Positions 28,869 through 38,163 are shown, counted from the stretch's first letter. The stretch is 64,000 nucleotides of DNA from a virus (IMGVR_UViG_3300023053_000001:1-64000), one strand, 5' to 3'. The notes: generated by a model not told the origin, from the sequence alone. Translations and numbers: made by a program.

Positions 28869-29258
28869 ATGCAAACCTTTCAGATCGTAGGGATCGCGGT
28901 CGGATTGACTGGCGGTCTTTTCTTTGCAGTTGCGATGGCACTGGCCCTCGGCGGAGTGGGTCGTAGTTACATCCGTCTGCGAATGAATGAAGCGCTCGAA
29001 GTAGATCGCCAGCAACTCTACTGGGCTCAAGTTGCTCTTTGGAAGCAGCTGAATTGGTGGCGCTATCCGCCATCGGAAGGTTGGCATATCGGTTACAACG
29101 TCGATCGTCTCCCAATGGCTTACCATCAGCATGTCGAGCGCTATGGTTGTCTGAGTCGCGTCTGCGATGTGGAGATTCAGCAGGATATTCGACAATGGAC
29201 TTACATAGGCGGACTTCGTGTTCGTCTACCCAATGGATCTGTGCATCGTTTAACTTAA
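28869..29258 (+). CDS. hypothetical membrane-anchored protein
   Basis: GAGG RBS; N-terminal TM helix. Confidence 0.6.
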   Translation: MQTFQIVGIAVGLTGGLFFAVAMALALGGVGRSYIRLRMNEALEVDRQQLYWAQVALWKQLNWWRYPPSEGWHIGYNVDRLPMAYHQHVERYGCLSRVCDVEIQQDIRQWTYIGGLRVRLPNGSVHRLT

Positions 29259-29268
29259 AGGAAGTGTC

Positions 29269-29889
29269 GTGAGTAGCTATACCGAATTGGATTTGCAGAG
29301 GCTGGTGCAGGACACCGACTTCAACCCCTCGGCCAACTCTCCGCTGTATCACAACTACACCCATCTCAATGCGGTGTATCAGTTGGCTCAGGTACTGTCC
29401 ACTGGCCTGCGCGTGCTGAGTGGGGTCAAAAATGATCTCTACTGCGCGGCGCTTCTCCATGACGTGGACCACAGTCTCGACCCTGACCTACCTGATGAAG
29501 AGAACGTGGCTCGCGCCATGCGCAAGGCTGAGGAGGCCGATCGTCTGCTGCCGGGTCTGTTCAACCTCCGTCGTGTCCAGTCGTTGATTCTGGCCACTGA
29601 GTTTCCGGACCCGACTGCCAAGCTGGACATCCTCGACAGCGGTGAACGTGCGTTGGCCGAAATCCTCATTGACGCTGACATTCTCTCGGCACTGACGCCG
29701 ATGTCGTTGAACAACATCGTCAACGGCCTGCGTCGCGAGAAGCGCTTCACCGGCACACCGGCTGAGTGGGTCGAGAAGAACAACGCCTTCCTGGCCAGTT
29801 ACAAGGCACGCACGCAAGCGGGCCGTGAGTATCACGCCATGAATGTTGAACGGACCATGCGGGCCTGTAGGGAAGCTGTCAACGCTTGA
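29269..29889 (+). CDS. HD-domain phosphohydrolase, PDEase-like
   Basis: YHNYTH, AALLHDVDH and DADIL motifs. Confidence 0.8.
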   Translation: MSSYTELDLQRLVQDTDFNPSANSPLYHNYTHLNAVYQLAQVLSTGLRVLSGVKNDLYCAALLHDVDHSLDPDLPDEENVARAMRKAEEADRLLPGLFNLRRVQSLILATEFPDPTAKLDILDSGERALAEILIDADILSALTPMSLNNIVNGLRREKRFTGTPAEWVEKNNAFLASYKARTQAGREYHAMNVERTMRACREAVNA

Positions 29890-29918
29890 TGTTATGACTT
29901 CCAAGCGTTGAGGTTGAC

Positions 29919-30497
29919 ATGGCTGTTACCCCTCCTGCAAGTATGAGTAAGATTCGTGGCGAGTACGGTGGTGCCGGGCGAATGAGCGGATACAAACGCG
30001 GAGGAGGCACGGTTCCTGACCATGCTAATACCGCATCGATTTCCCCATCTGCACCACGGATGTCGCAATTCAACAACACCAGCGCCACGCCGCCGACACC
30101 AACGGTGGGTGTGAACCTTCAGAACGGGTTCTCCAGCGACAATCGCCCTCAGGGGTCAGCGGCCCGATCGTGGGCCGGCTGGAGCTTCAACGTCAATGGG
30201 TTGGCCTACCAGTCCAGTTCGATGTTCGGTGATCGGTCGGTTTACACGTGGCTGACTGCTGGCAATGCCAATGACATCCAGTTCTATGCCACTGTCGATT
30301 TCCAAGACGGAGCAAGTGTCGTAGGTGCTGTCAATCAGTGGGTCGGTCCCAACCAAGCGTTCTGGAACATCAGCACTACCAACGTGGTCAAGGCCGTTTC
30401 GGCGTCCCTGACCATTCAGGCTCGGGTAGCCTCCACTGGACAGGTGTTGGGTTCGTGTCAGATTTCGCTGAACGCCTCTGAAGGCGCACCGATCTGA
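29919..30497 (+). CDS. putative tail-fibre tip/adhesin-like protein
   Basis: N-terminal SMSxIxxEYGG...SxYxRGG..VP...MSQF motif typical of phage fibre-associated proteins; beta-rich C-domain. Confidence 0.5.
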   Translation: MAVTPPASMSKIRGEYGGAGRMSGYKRGGGTVPDHANTASISPSAPRMSQFNNTSATPPTPTVGVNLQNGFSSDNRPQGSAARSWAGWSFNVNGLAYQSSSMFGDRSVYTWLTAGNANDIQFYATVDFQDGASVVGAVNQWVGPNQAFWNISTTNVVKAVSASLTIQARVASTGQVLGSCQISLNASEGAPI

Positions 30498-30634
30498 TCG
30501 GGTAAAAATGAAACAAGCAGGCATATGGCGTGAGGGCATTTCGCCCTCACGCCAATGTCTTTTATGTCAGGGACCATACCGTGGGCCTACGCGCATTGCT
30601 ATTGATCGATCCATTCACCAGAGGCACACCTGCC

Positions 30635-30997
30635 GTGACTGAACAAGAATCCTTCGAGCAGGGTTGGAAGACGCTGCACGACAAACTCACGCTACACTGC
30701 TACTACCGTAACAGCGCGCTGTGGGCGAAGTTCTACGGACTGCTGCTGGCGGCAGCGAGTCTGGGCAGCTTCGTGGGCTTTGCCCTCTACGGCATCCTCG
30801 CCCAGAACTTCAATCGCACCATGGTCGCCGTTGCCGTTGTCGCGGTTCTGGTCATCTTCTTCCTCTGGTCACGTCTGGCCGGTTACGTGGATCGCATGGA
30901 AGATGTGGAACGGATGTTGGGCGTCAAGCAAGAAATTCGAAAAGTCTTCCGCGGCGCCGTGATCACCGGTGGCCGCCAGCCTTACTGCCGACCCTGA
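30635..30997 (+). CDS. 2-TM membrane protein
   Basis: GAGG RBS before GTG; two hydrophobic helices. Confidence 0.6.
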   Translation: MTEQESFEQGWKTLHDKLTLHCYYRNSALWAKFYGLLLAAASLGSFVGFALYGILAQNFNRTMVAVAVVAVLVIFFLWSRLAGYVDRMEDVERMLGVKQEIRKVFRGAVITGGRQPYCRP

Positions 30998-31008
30998 GAG
31001 GAACCGAA

Positions 31009-31656
31009 ATGCCCAGAAGAAGAAAGTATCGTCAGCGCTACGATTACAGCGTTGACGTCGTCGTCGGTGAGCGCACCGTGTACCGCAACGGCAGACATAC
31101 CGCCGTCCCCGACTTTGCACGGATGACGTGCTACACACCCAGCCAAGCAGTGGCCCTGTACGACAAGAACCCCGAGCTACACCGAATCCACATGAAGCCT
31201 CGCTTCGGGGGAATTGAACGATCCATCAATCCGACGGTGGATCGACGCAACATGTTGAACCTCAACTTCCACGAACTGGTGCAGCGCATCTACTGCCAAG
31301 CGCCTTGGACGGAAGCTGACCCCGAGAGTGCCGGCGAGCACGCCATCGAAAACGCGCTGTTGCTCAACATCCCTTCCCGTCTGCTGCTGTCGATCGTGCG
31401 ACCGTCATGGCTGCTGCGACAGAAGCGCGAACTCAGTCACGAATTGAACGCGACCCATCGTCGCTGGCTGACGGAAAAGCACGCGGCGAAAGAGAACCGA
31501 ATCGAACTCAGCCTGGTGAGTTGTAAGCTCACCACGACTGAAAGTGAAAATGTCATGTTACGGCAAACGGTGTCTCAACTCCAGATGGAGCTGGGGGCTA
31601 AGGATCATCGCATTGCCGAAATGGAAGCACTCCTCTACCCTCCAACCGGTAACTGA
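31009..31656 (+). CDS. hypothetical protein with C-terminal coiled coil
   Basis: GAGGA RBS; MPRRRKYRQRY start. Confidence 0.65.
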   Translation: MPRRRKYRQRYDYSVDVVVGERTVYRNGRHTAVPDFARMTCYTPSQAVALYDKNPELHRIHMKPRFGGIERSINPTVDRRNMLNLNFHELVQRIYCQAPWTEADPESAGEHAIENALLLNIPSRLLLSIVRPSWLLRQKRELSHELNATHRRWLTEKHAAKENRIELSLVSCKLTTTESENVMLRQTVSQLQMELGAKDHRIAEMEALLYPPTGN

Positions 31657-31661
31657 TCACC

Positions 31662-32906
31662 ATGCGCAATTATCTCGACCTGCTCAGCTATGCCTACCAC
31701 TCCGGTTCGCGTCAGATCAACGAACGTACCGGCGAGGTGACTGTCAAGGTCATCGCTCCGCAGCTGCGTTACAACCTGGCCGAAGCCTTCCCGTTGGTCA
31801 CCACCTCCAAGAAGCACCTGCGCTCGATCATCGAAGAGCTGCTGTGGTTCCGTGACGGTCGCACCAACAACCAGTGGTTGGCTGATCGCAACGTCAGCAT
31901 CTGGAACGAGTGGGCCCTGACCGAGCCGGTCATTCGCAAGCGCGCCATGGCCAACATCGATCGTGCCCGCCTCTACGCTGAGCGTGAGGGCAAGTCGCTC
32001 AAGGAAGTCACGGACCATCTGACTGAGCTGGACTTCCAAGTCCGCAAGGATGGGAAGCTGCCGTCGTCCCAGCAGGGCGGCACTCCCAACGGCGGTGAGC
32101 TGTTCCTCAACAATGAGGAGGTGCCGGCCTACCACGAAGACATCGTCTATGACGTCGGCGAACTGGGTCCGATCTACGGGCGCATGTGGCGCTACTGGCC
32201 CAATCCGGACGGCACCGTCACCGATCAGCTGACGCAGGTACTCAACGACCTGCGCGATCGCCCGTTCTCCCGTCGCCACATCGTCATGGCGTGGAATCCG
32301 TCCTTCCTGCCCGATGAACGCATCAGCGCGCAGGAGAACGTCAAGGCTGGCCGTCAGGCATTGGCGCCGTGCCACATGGGCTATCAGTTCATCGTCGAAC
32401 AACTCGAGCGGGAGCAGCGCGTCCAGCTGTACATCGCGAAGAAGTACCCGGGCGGTCTGTGCGAGGCCCAGTCCTCGGCCGATCATCTGCTCGAGTTGGT
32501 ACGCCTCAATGGTGAGCAGGTCGAAGAAGGTCGCAACTTCATGATCGATGAGATGCTGCGCCATAACGGCATCCCCGACAAGCGCCTGAACTGCGTGGTC
32601 ATGCAGCGCTCGGCCGACATCCCGCTGGGCGTGCCGTACAACATCGCCAGCTATGCGATCCTCACCATGATGATCGCCAAGCAGCTGGACTTCGCCCTGG
32701 GTGAGCTGGTCATGAACTTCCATGATGCGCACATCTACCAGAAGCAGATGGAAGGCGTGGCTGAACAGCTCCAGCGTGAGCCCAAGCCGCTGCCGCAGCT
32801 TCTGCTCAACCCGGATGTGAAGAACATCTTCGACTACGAGTTCGAGGACTTCAAGCTGGTCGGTTACGACGCTCACCCCACCATCAAGTACGAGATCACC
32901 GTCTGA
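31662..32906 (+). CDS. thyA: thymidylate synthase with two large insertions
   Basis: ELLWF, IWNEW, LGPIYG, LAPCH, QRSAD, GVPYNIASY and HIY motifs. Confidence 0.95.
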   Translation: MRNYLDLLSYAYHSGSRQINERTGEVTVKVIAPQLRYNLAEAFPLVTTSKKHLRSIIEELLWFRDGRTNNQWLADRNVSIWNEWALTEPVIRKRAMANIDRARLYAEREGKSLKEVTDHLTELDFQVRKDGKLPSSQQGGTPNGGELFLNNEEVPAYHEDIVYDVGELGPIYGRMWRYWPNPDGTVTDQLTQVLNDLRDRPFSRRHIVMAWNPSFLPDERISAQENVKAGRQALAPCHMGYQFIVEQLEREQRVQLYIAKKYPGGLCEAQSSADHLLELVRLNGEQVEEGRNFMIDEMLRHNGIPDKRLNCVVMQRSADIPLGVPYNIASYAILTMMIAKQLDFALGELVMNFHDAHIYQKQMEGVAEQLQREPKPLPQLLLNPDVKNIFDYEFEDFKLVGYDAHPTIKYEITV

Positions 32907-33376
32907 TGAAGATTCTGAATCGGAAGTTCGGCACCGACATCGTACCGCGTGATCCGCGACTGAAACAGTTCGCCGGCAGGTTCTTGCGAGGAGCTAAATC
33001 GCTGGTCAGCTATCCTTTCGAGCCGGCACGCAGTTATCAGGTATTGGGCGAGTTCCCCCAATACTGCTTTGTGGAGAGCGCTCAGGTCAGCGTCATCTAC
33101 GTGGAGCGCAAGCTGCGTTGGTACCACCATCTGCTCAATCATCTCGGCGCGCGCTATAATGAGGTCCAAGAGATTCATCTGGACCCCATGACTGGCAACT
33201 TGCGTCGATACGGTGATGGCGGTACCACTGACATGATGGGCGATATTTCGCTGTACTTGCAGAAATATCGTCTGTACGTCAAGATCACCGAGATCGGCGT
33301 CTTGGAGGTGGCTAGCAGTGACCTCAGGACGCTGGGCATCGAACTCAAGGGTGAAGTTCGCTACCCTGACCGGTAA
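32906..33376 (+). CDS. hypothetical protein, 156 aa
   Basis: TGATG coupling to thyA. Confidence 0.65.
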   Translation: MKILNRKFGTDIVPRDPRLKQFAGRFLRGAKSLVSYPFEPARSYQVLGEFPQYCFVESAQVSVIYVERKLRWYHHLLNHLGARYNEVQEIHLDPMTGNLRRYGDGGTTDMMGDISLYLQKYRLYVKITEIGVLEVASSDLRTLGIELKGEVRYPDR

Positions 33377-33427
33377 TCCGTCAACCCGCCCCTCCCCTTC
33401 GGGGGAGGGGTTTTATGGAGGTGTGAT

Positions 33428-33571
33428 ATGTCATCTGCAGCAGCTGAATCCATTGCGCTCACCGTGGGTATCATCATCGGTGGGTTGATTCTGATCGGCA
33501 TCATGCTGGCCACGATGAAAGGAGATGATGCTCGCCGAGAGAAACGGTACGGCGGGGGAATTATCGAATGA
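33428..33571 (+). CDS. 47-aa single-TM protein (not in ORF track)
   Basis: GGAGG RBS; IALTVGIIIGGLILIGIML; ATGA overlap with next gene. Confidence 0.65.
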   Translation: MSSAAAESIALTVGIIIGGLILIGIMLATMKGDDARREKRYGGGIIE

Positions 33572-33846
33572 GCGCTATCTTCATTGTCCTTACAGTCACC
33601 GTCGGTGTACTGATACTCGGCGCCTGGCTGTCTGGTCATTGGGAGAAGTTCTGGCACGAGCGCATGGTGGAAGATTTGATGCGGCTGGACCAAAGCGGCG
33701 TTCCGCTATCATGGGAGGTGTTCCTCCGACTTCCGCGCCGACATCGCCAGTTCCTCATCATCTCCAAAACCCCCTCGTTCCTGCGTGAAGAGTTGAACCG
33801 TAACACCGGGAATCGGACTGGATGTGAAGTCGTTGTAAAAATGTAG
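33568..33846 (+). CDS. small membrane-anchored protein
   Basis: N-terminal TM helix; ATGA overlap. Confidence 0.6.
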   Translation: MSAIFIVLTVTVGVLILGAWLSGHWEKFWHERMVEDLMRLDQSGVPLSWEVFLRLPRRHRQFLIISKTPSFLREELNRNTGNRTGCEVVVKM

Positions 33847-33902
33847 GAGCTGTGTTAATTGATTGATCGCACAGCCCCGCCATTCTTCTTGAGGTTCGCT
33901 TC

Positions 33903-34151
33903 ATGTCTGCCCAGCAAGCCATTACCAGTCTCGTTGATACCGTCAAGCAGCAGCATGCTGACAACTCCGGCGTCCAAGCCAATGTGATCAACATCGCTGA
34001 TTTCCAGGACCCGTCCACCCACAGCGCGACGCGCAATCTGTCGCAGCTGCGCAGTGCGCTGACCCGCGCCGGTATGGCCGTCGGTCTGTTCTCCACCAAG
34101 ACCACTGGCGATGGCCAGTACGAGCTGCGCACCGCGCCGATGGGTGCGTGA
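33903..34151 (+). CDS. hypothetical protein, 82 aa
   Basis: GAGG RBS; high GC3. Confidence 0.7.
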   Translation: MSAQQAITSLVDTVKQQHADNSGVQANVINIADFQDPSTHSATRNLSQLRSALTRAGMAVGLFSTKTTGDGQYELRTAPMGA

Positions 34152-34354
34152 TGGCTAAGCGACGCGGCACCATGCTCTGGCGTCTGGGCGATCTGATCGC
34201 CAGCGCCCGTGAACTGACCATGAGCCCTGCTCACGGTTCCCCGTACGTACCCTGTCGCCCGCTGGGTCATGCCAGCTTGAAATATCGACTGCGCGCTGCC
34301 TGGATGGTTTTCACCGGGCGCGCTGACGTAGTCATCTGGCCTCACGGCCAGTAA
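34151..34354 (+). CDS. conserved small phage protein
   Basis: YVPCRPLG..SL..RLRAAWxVFTGRAD..xWPxGQ pattern recalled from many phages. Confidence 0.7.
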   Translation: MAKRRGTMLWRLGDLIASARELTMSPAHGSPYVPCRPLGHASLKYRLRAAWMVFTGRADVVIWPHGQ

Positions 34355-34357
34355 GAA

Positions 34358-34658
34358 CTTGCTCCTCCTGTAGCGTTGGGAACCAAGCTCTCCTAAGCCG
34401 GGGGTCCCGAGAAACTCACTGCCGTATGCATGCGCCCAAGGGTGCGGAAGGTCCGTGGTAGGTGTACCTGCCGCAACGACGTCTGCGTACGTTTCCTACC
34501 ATGCGGTGAGTGAAGTCTATAGGCCGGGGCAAGGCGTAACCGAGTGTAGCTGCGGGTGCAGACTCGGTGGTCGTGACTTTAATTGCATAGCCTCACAGTC
34601 ACGGGCTAAACGTTTAACCCGATCGAGCCCGGCCTGTAAAAGGGCCGGGCTTTTATTT
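34358..34658 (+). ncRNA. unclassified structured RNA (~290 nt) with H-type pseudoknot and terminator
   Basis: Nested helices 34358-65/34526-33, 34367-73/34517-23, 34414-22/34503-11, 34455-62/34495-502; hairpin 34539-68; pseudoknot 34572-78/34597-603 plus 34588-92/34604-08; G-U wobbles consistent only with the + strand. Confidence 0.6.
34626..34658 (+). terminator. intrinsic terminator
   Basis: AGCCCGGCC/GGCCGGGCT stem followed by TTTATTT. Confidence 0.8.
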
Positions 34659-34678
34659 CCTCATTCAGGAGTCCAGCC

Positions 34679-34876
34679 ATGCCCAGCGGTAATCACAAGA
34701 AATACGAAGACGGAACCAACAAGCTCATGGCTGAGCACAACATTCCCTTCCACGGCGCCAACGATGTCATGTACCTGCGTAAGCAGGGTCTGCCGGAAGG
34801 CTCGCCGCAGGAACAGCAACTGATCCAAGAGTACCAGCAGGGTCATAAGCCCGACGTCACCAAGTTCACCAAGTAG
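34679..34876 (+). CDS. hypothetical protein, 65 aa
   Basis: AGGAG RBS; high GC3. Confidence 0.7.
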   Translation: MPSGNHKKYEDGTNKLMAEHNIPFHGANDVMYLRKQGLPEGSPQEQQLIQEYQQGHKPDVTKFTK

Positions 34877-34891
34877 TTCGAGGAGTTTTAA

Positions 34892-35371
34892 ATGCTGGTC
34901 GACGGTCCTCAACCCAACCGTGTCGAAATCGAAATTGCCCGACGTGAACGCATCGTGGCGGCAGCATATGCCTACGAGATCATGAGTGAGTCATTCATGA
35001 CCGATGCGCAGTATGATGCCCAATCCAAATTGATCAATCCGGCGATCGACACCGGCGATGAAGTTTCCGATCGGTTCTTCCGTGAGAAGTTCGCCGAGCA
35101 CACCGGGTCGTGGATTTACGAATATCCGGACCTGCACAAGGTCCGGCATCTGTACTTCACCAAGTACGCGTCGCCTTACTACCAGAAGCGCTACGCGATG
35201 GCTCTGGACATCGGGGAGAAAATGCATCGTGCATACCAAGACCTCGCGAATCGTCACAACCTTGAAAAGTCTGTGGCGCTTGATCGTTTCGATCCGACCT
35301 CACCCCATGGCCAGTTGATGGCCAGTACGCTGATGGTCTTGGACGAAGAGAACTACCTCCGGTTGCGGTAA
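34892..35371 (+). CDS. stand-alone NAD-dependent ligase subdomain Ia-like (Nlig-Ia) protein
   Basis: GAGGAG RBS; VAAAYAYE....MTDAQYD..S...N...TG.....FF..F...TGxWI pattern; no adenylation domain follows. Confidence 0.65.
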   Translation: MLVDGPQPNRVEIEIARRERIVAAAYAYEIMSESFMTDAQYDAQSKLINPAIDTGDEVSDRFFREKFAEHTGSWIYEYPDLHKVRHLYFTKYASPYYQKRYAMALDIGEKMHRAYQDLANRHNLEKSVALDRFDPTSPHGQLMASTLMVLDEENYLRLR

Positions 35372-35414
35372 GTCTGGAATCCTATGAGGGATCGTCCCTC
35401 ATAGGAGACCTTTT

Positions 35415-35645
35415 ATGATCGCACTGCTCTTGGCCCTGCTCGTGGGTCTGATGTTCCTCCCGGCCCTGATCGGCCTGTTCCTGATCTGGCATGTGGTCCG
35501 TCCTCAGAAGGCGCCGGCCGATACGTCCAACCGGATCAACAAGATCCGCCTCATCTGGTTTGTCCTCACTCGCGAGAACCTGTTCACCGGGGTCTTCGGG
35601 TGGCTCAAGCACGATGAACTGGACAATGTGACCCCCTACCAGTAA
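35415..35645 (+). CDS. small membrane protein
   Basis: GGAG RBS; N-terminal TM helix. Confidence 0.65.
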   Translation: MIALLLALLVGLMFLPALIGLFLIWHVVRPQKAPADTSNRINKIRLIWFVLTRENLFTGVFGWLKHDELDNVTPYQ

Positions 35646-35755
35646 TTCTCAACAGACCTCCTAATGGTGTGACGTACGCCATGGTATCAGACCCGGCAGA
35701 AGCCTTTGGCAGCCGTATCCGTCTGAGTGGGTGCGTCACCATTAGGAGTGTCACC

Positions 35756-36472
35756 ATGTCTGAAGTAAACATGCAGTCGGCGATCGAGGAAATTCAGAAG
35801 AACGTCGACCGGCAACGCTACCGTCCCAAGCAGCTCATCTTCATCGTTCGTAAAGGGCCTAAGAATCGGGCATTGAGCGAACGTCAGCAGATTCTGTTTG
35901 AGCGATTGAAACACCTGATCGAACTGGACCTGATGTCCACCGAGCTGATCGCCACCGAAGGTCGTCGTACTGCGATGGATCGTAACTTCTTCCAGGATAC
36001 GATCGACGGCTATTCGCAGGAGTTCAAGTTCTCCGAGCGGACCGATAAGCTGATCTACAACCAGTTCCGTGAGATGCGGGCGACTGACGTCTTGCAGTTG
36101 GCTGATGTGGAAATCCTCATCATCGAGCCGGGTCAAGACTACCTCACTGCAGCTGACGCGTGGCTGTTCCAGGATCTGTCACTGTTGCGCATTCGCAACG
36201 CCCACGCGCCGCAGCGCGACTACACCAAGGTAGTGGAACGTGATCCGGAAGGTAATGATCATGAGAACTTCACCACGACCATCGCGCTGTACGGTAGGCT
36301 CTGGCATCCGTTCGAACTGATGGAGTCGGCCAACTTCGAGCTGAGTCGGATGCAGTTGGTGAGTCTCAACCCCAACGAGCATCCAGCTTTCCTCGGCGCC
36401 CACAGCGTGGCGGTAGAGAGTCCGGCTGATCCGACCAGTACGGCTCACTGCGACGCGGCAGCGCGTCTCTGA
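35756..36472 (+). CDS. hypothetical protein (~238 aa)
   Basis: AGGAG RBS before MSEVNMQ. Confidence 0.7.
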   Translation: MSEVNMQSAIEEIQKNVDRQRYRPKQLIFIVRKGPKNRALSERQQILFERLKHLIELDLMSTELIATEGRRTAMDRNFFQDTIDGYSQEFKFSERTDKLIYNQFREMRATDVLQLADVEILIIEPGQDYLTAADAWLFQDLSLLRIRNAHAPQRDYTKVVERDPEGNDHENFTTTIALYGRLWHPFELMESANFELSRMQLVSLNPNEHPAFLGAHSVAVESPADPTSTAHCDAAARL

Positions 36473-36548
36473 AATAAGCGTTAGTGCAGCACCCTTCGGG
36501 GTGCTGCATCTATGCTGTTCCCATGAGTTTTGAAACCTATAATACCCC

Positions 36549-36803
36549 GTGAAGTTCCTCACCCCAACCACTACCCTGGATCTTGTAATGGCTAACGAAG
36601 GTTTGCAGTGCTCTCCGCTCCACCGTCCGATGTACACCGGCATTCCTGATGCCTGTGTGGCGATGACCCACTTCCAGCATGCGACCCGCAATGGCTTCAT
36701 GCCCAAGCCCGGTCCGGCTGCCAAGCCGATTCGCATCCACGGCGAGAAGTACGGACCGCAGGCCCATGTGCCGCTGGAACCGTCGTTCAACCTGGTGAAC
36801 TGA
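36549..36803 (+). CDS. hypothetical protein
   Basis: GTG start, coding bias. Confidence 0.55.
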   Translation: MKFLTPTTTLDLVMANEGLQCSPLHRPMYTGIPDACVAMTHFQHATRNGFMPKPGPAAKPIRIHGEKYGPQAHVPLEPSFNLVN

Positions 36804-36804
36804 C

Positions 36805-37011
36805 ATGCGGCCCAGTTCAGTACGCACTCTGCTGTACCCACTGACAACGGCCATGCTGTCGGCGACTATCGGCCCCACCGCGACGGCCGTCAGTCTCCCC
36901 ACCGCCCCCATCGAGATCAACGCCGATGAATCGGCCAAGGTCACGGGGAACCGTCAACAACGGCGCGCTCAGCGCGCCATCGAACAGCGTGAACGTAAGC
37001 GGAGAAAGTAG
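36805..37011 (+). CDS. small basic protein
   Basis: Coupled starts and stops; Arg-rich C-terminus. Confidence 0.5.
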   Translation: MRPSSVRTLLYPLTTAMLSATIGPTATAVSLPTAPIEINADESAKVTGNRQQRRAQRAIEQRERKRRK

Positions 37012-37217
37012 TGAGTCGGCATGACCCTGATTACGATGGCGATGGTATCCCCAACCGTCACATCGTCGGTAAACCCAGCGGCGGCATTCCCTTTGGAGTA
37101 GTCCTGCTGTTCTTCGCCATTCTTGGCGCCATTCTGGTGAGTTGCAATCATGAACGAACCCAAACCTGCCCGCCCTCCGGAAGTCGAAGCACCGTCACTG
37201 ATAGTGGTGCGCGGTGA
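37011..37217 (+). CDS. small membrane protein/possible lipoprotein
   Basis: Hydrophobic helix ending ILVSC. Confidence 0.45.
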   Translation: MSRHDPDYDGDGIPNRHIVGKPSGGIPFGVVLLFFAILGAILVSCNHERTQTCPPSGSRSTVTDSGAR

Positions 37218-37305
37218 GCCGGATCTAGGGCGCCCCTTCTCCCTCCTGCTCGTGGCCGTGGTCATCGCAGCAGTGATACTGGGGTCTCTGCGCTGAGGAC
37301 ACTGA

Positions 37306-37572
37306 ATGCTGATTAGCTGGCACCCGTTAGGCTCTGACACAGGAGTCTGGAAAGAAGTCAATGGAGATGGCATCTTCATCCCACCTACGCGATCGGAGAA
37401 CTTCCGGGCGAAGTTTCAAGGTGAAGAGATTTTGGTGATTACCCAGTCGCAGCTTATGGTTCGACCCCTACCCCGGCGGACGGGGTGGATGCGAGTACCG
37501 CGTTACTTCCGAGCCGACACGCTCGAGGTGATGGCGATGCCCGACCAGTTCGAACCTGTCATCGAAGTATAA
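37306..37572 (+). CDS. hypothetical protein
   Basis: GAGGA RBS; followed by hairpin terminator. Confidence 0.6.
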   Translation: MLISWHPLGSDTGVWKEVNGDGIFIPPTRSENFRAKFQGEEILVITQSQLMVRPLPRRTGWMRVPRYFRADTLEVMAMPDQFEPVIEV

Positions 37573-37625
37573 ACCCTAGGCCCTCTGAAAGGAGGGCCTT
37601 ATGTCCCACAAGGAACGTAACCGCC

Positions 37626-38084
37626 ATGATTTCGCTGCCCGGTCTCATAGCGAACATAGTCGCAGCCCTGACGGGCGTCTTGATATACCTGCTGTACGTC
37701 AACCCACAGTTTCGCGACGGGGACGCCCTCAATCGGTTTGCTCGACATCCACCACAGAACCGTGATGAGTGGTCCACGTTGCACGATGCGTTCTATCGTG
37801 GTCTGTATGGACACAGTCGCACCCTCTTCAGTTTCAACCTCCATGGTTGGTACTTCGCAGTGAAGATGTGGGTGGCCATTCACCTCGTTTTCCTGTACGC
37901 CATTACCGCATGTCTGTACTTCCCCGTCCTCCACTGGACCGTGGCCGCGCTGCTGGGTTCTTCTGGAACTGTGGGATTGGCATCGTACTGGTACCGTTAC
38001 CGCGCAGTCACCAACTACCCTGGTCCTGTACACGATCCACATGCACCCAGCACTCGACGCAACATTCCACCGAGTGCGCACTAA
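37626..38084 (+). CDS. multi-TM membrane protein
   Basis: AAGGA RBS; three hydrophobic helices. Confidence 0.65.
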   Translation: MISLPGLIANIVAALTGVLIYLLYVNPQFRDGDALNRFARHPPQNRDEWSTLHDAFYRGLYGHSRTLFSFNLHGWYFAVKMWVAIHLVFLYAITACLYFPVLHWTVAALLGSSGTVGLASYWYRYRAVTNYPGPVHDPHAPSTRRNIPPSAH

Positions 38085-38163
38085 ATAAGTTGCCAGGGAT
38101 TCTGGCGACTTTATCACTGAGGGTAACACCTCTCGTTTCAAACGACAGCACAAGGAGAAATCT

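Noticed and set aside
34358-34658. Permuted tmRNA, RNase P or cobalamin riboswitch identity
   Set aside because: Partial look-alikes exist (Ala-type GGGGC/GCTCC helix, GGAAGGTCC, CACTG..GGAAGG), but there is no T arm, CCA or tag, and the motif order does not fit those RNAs
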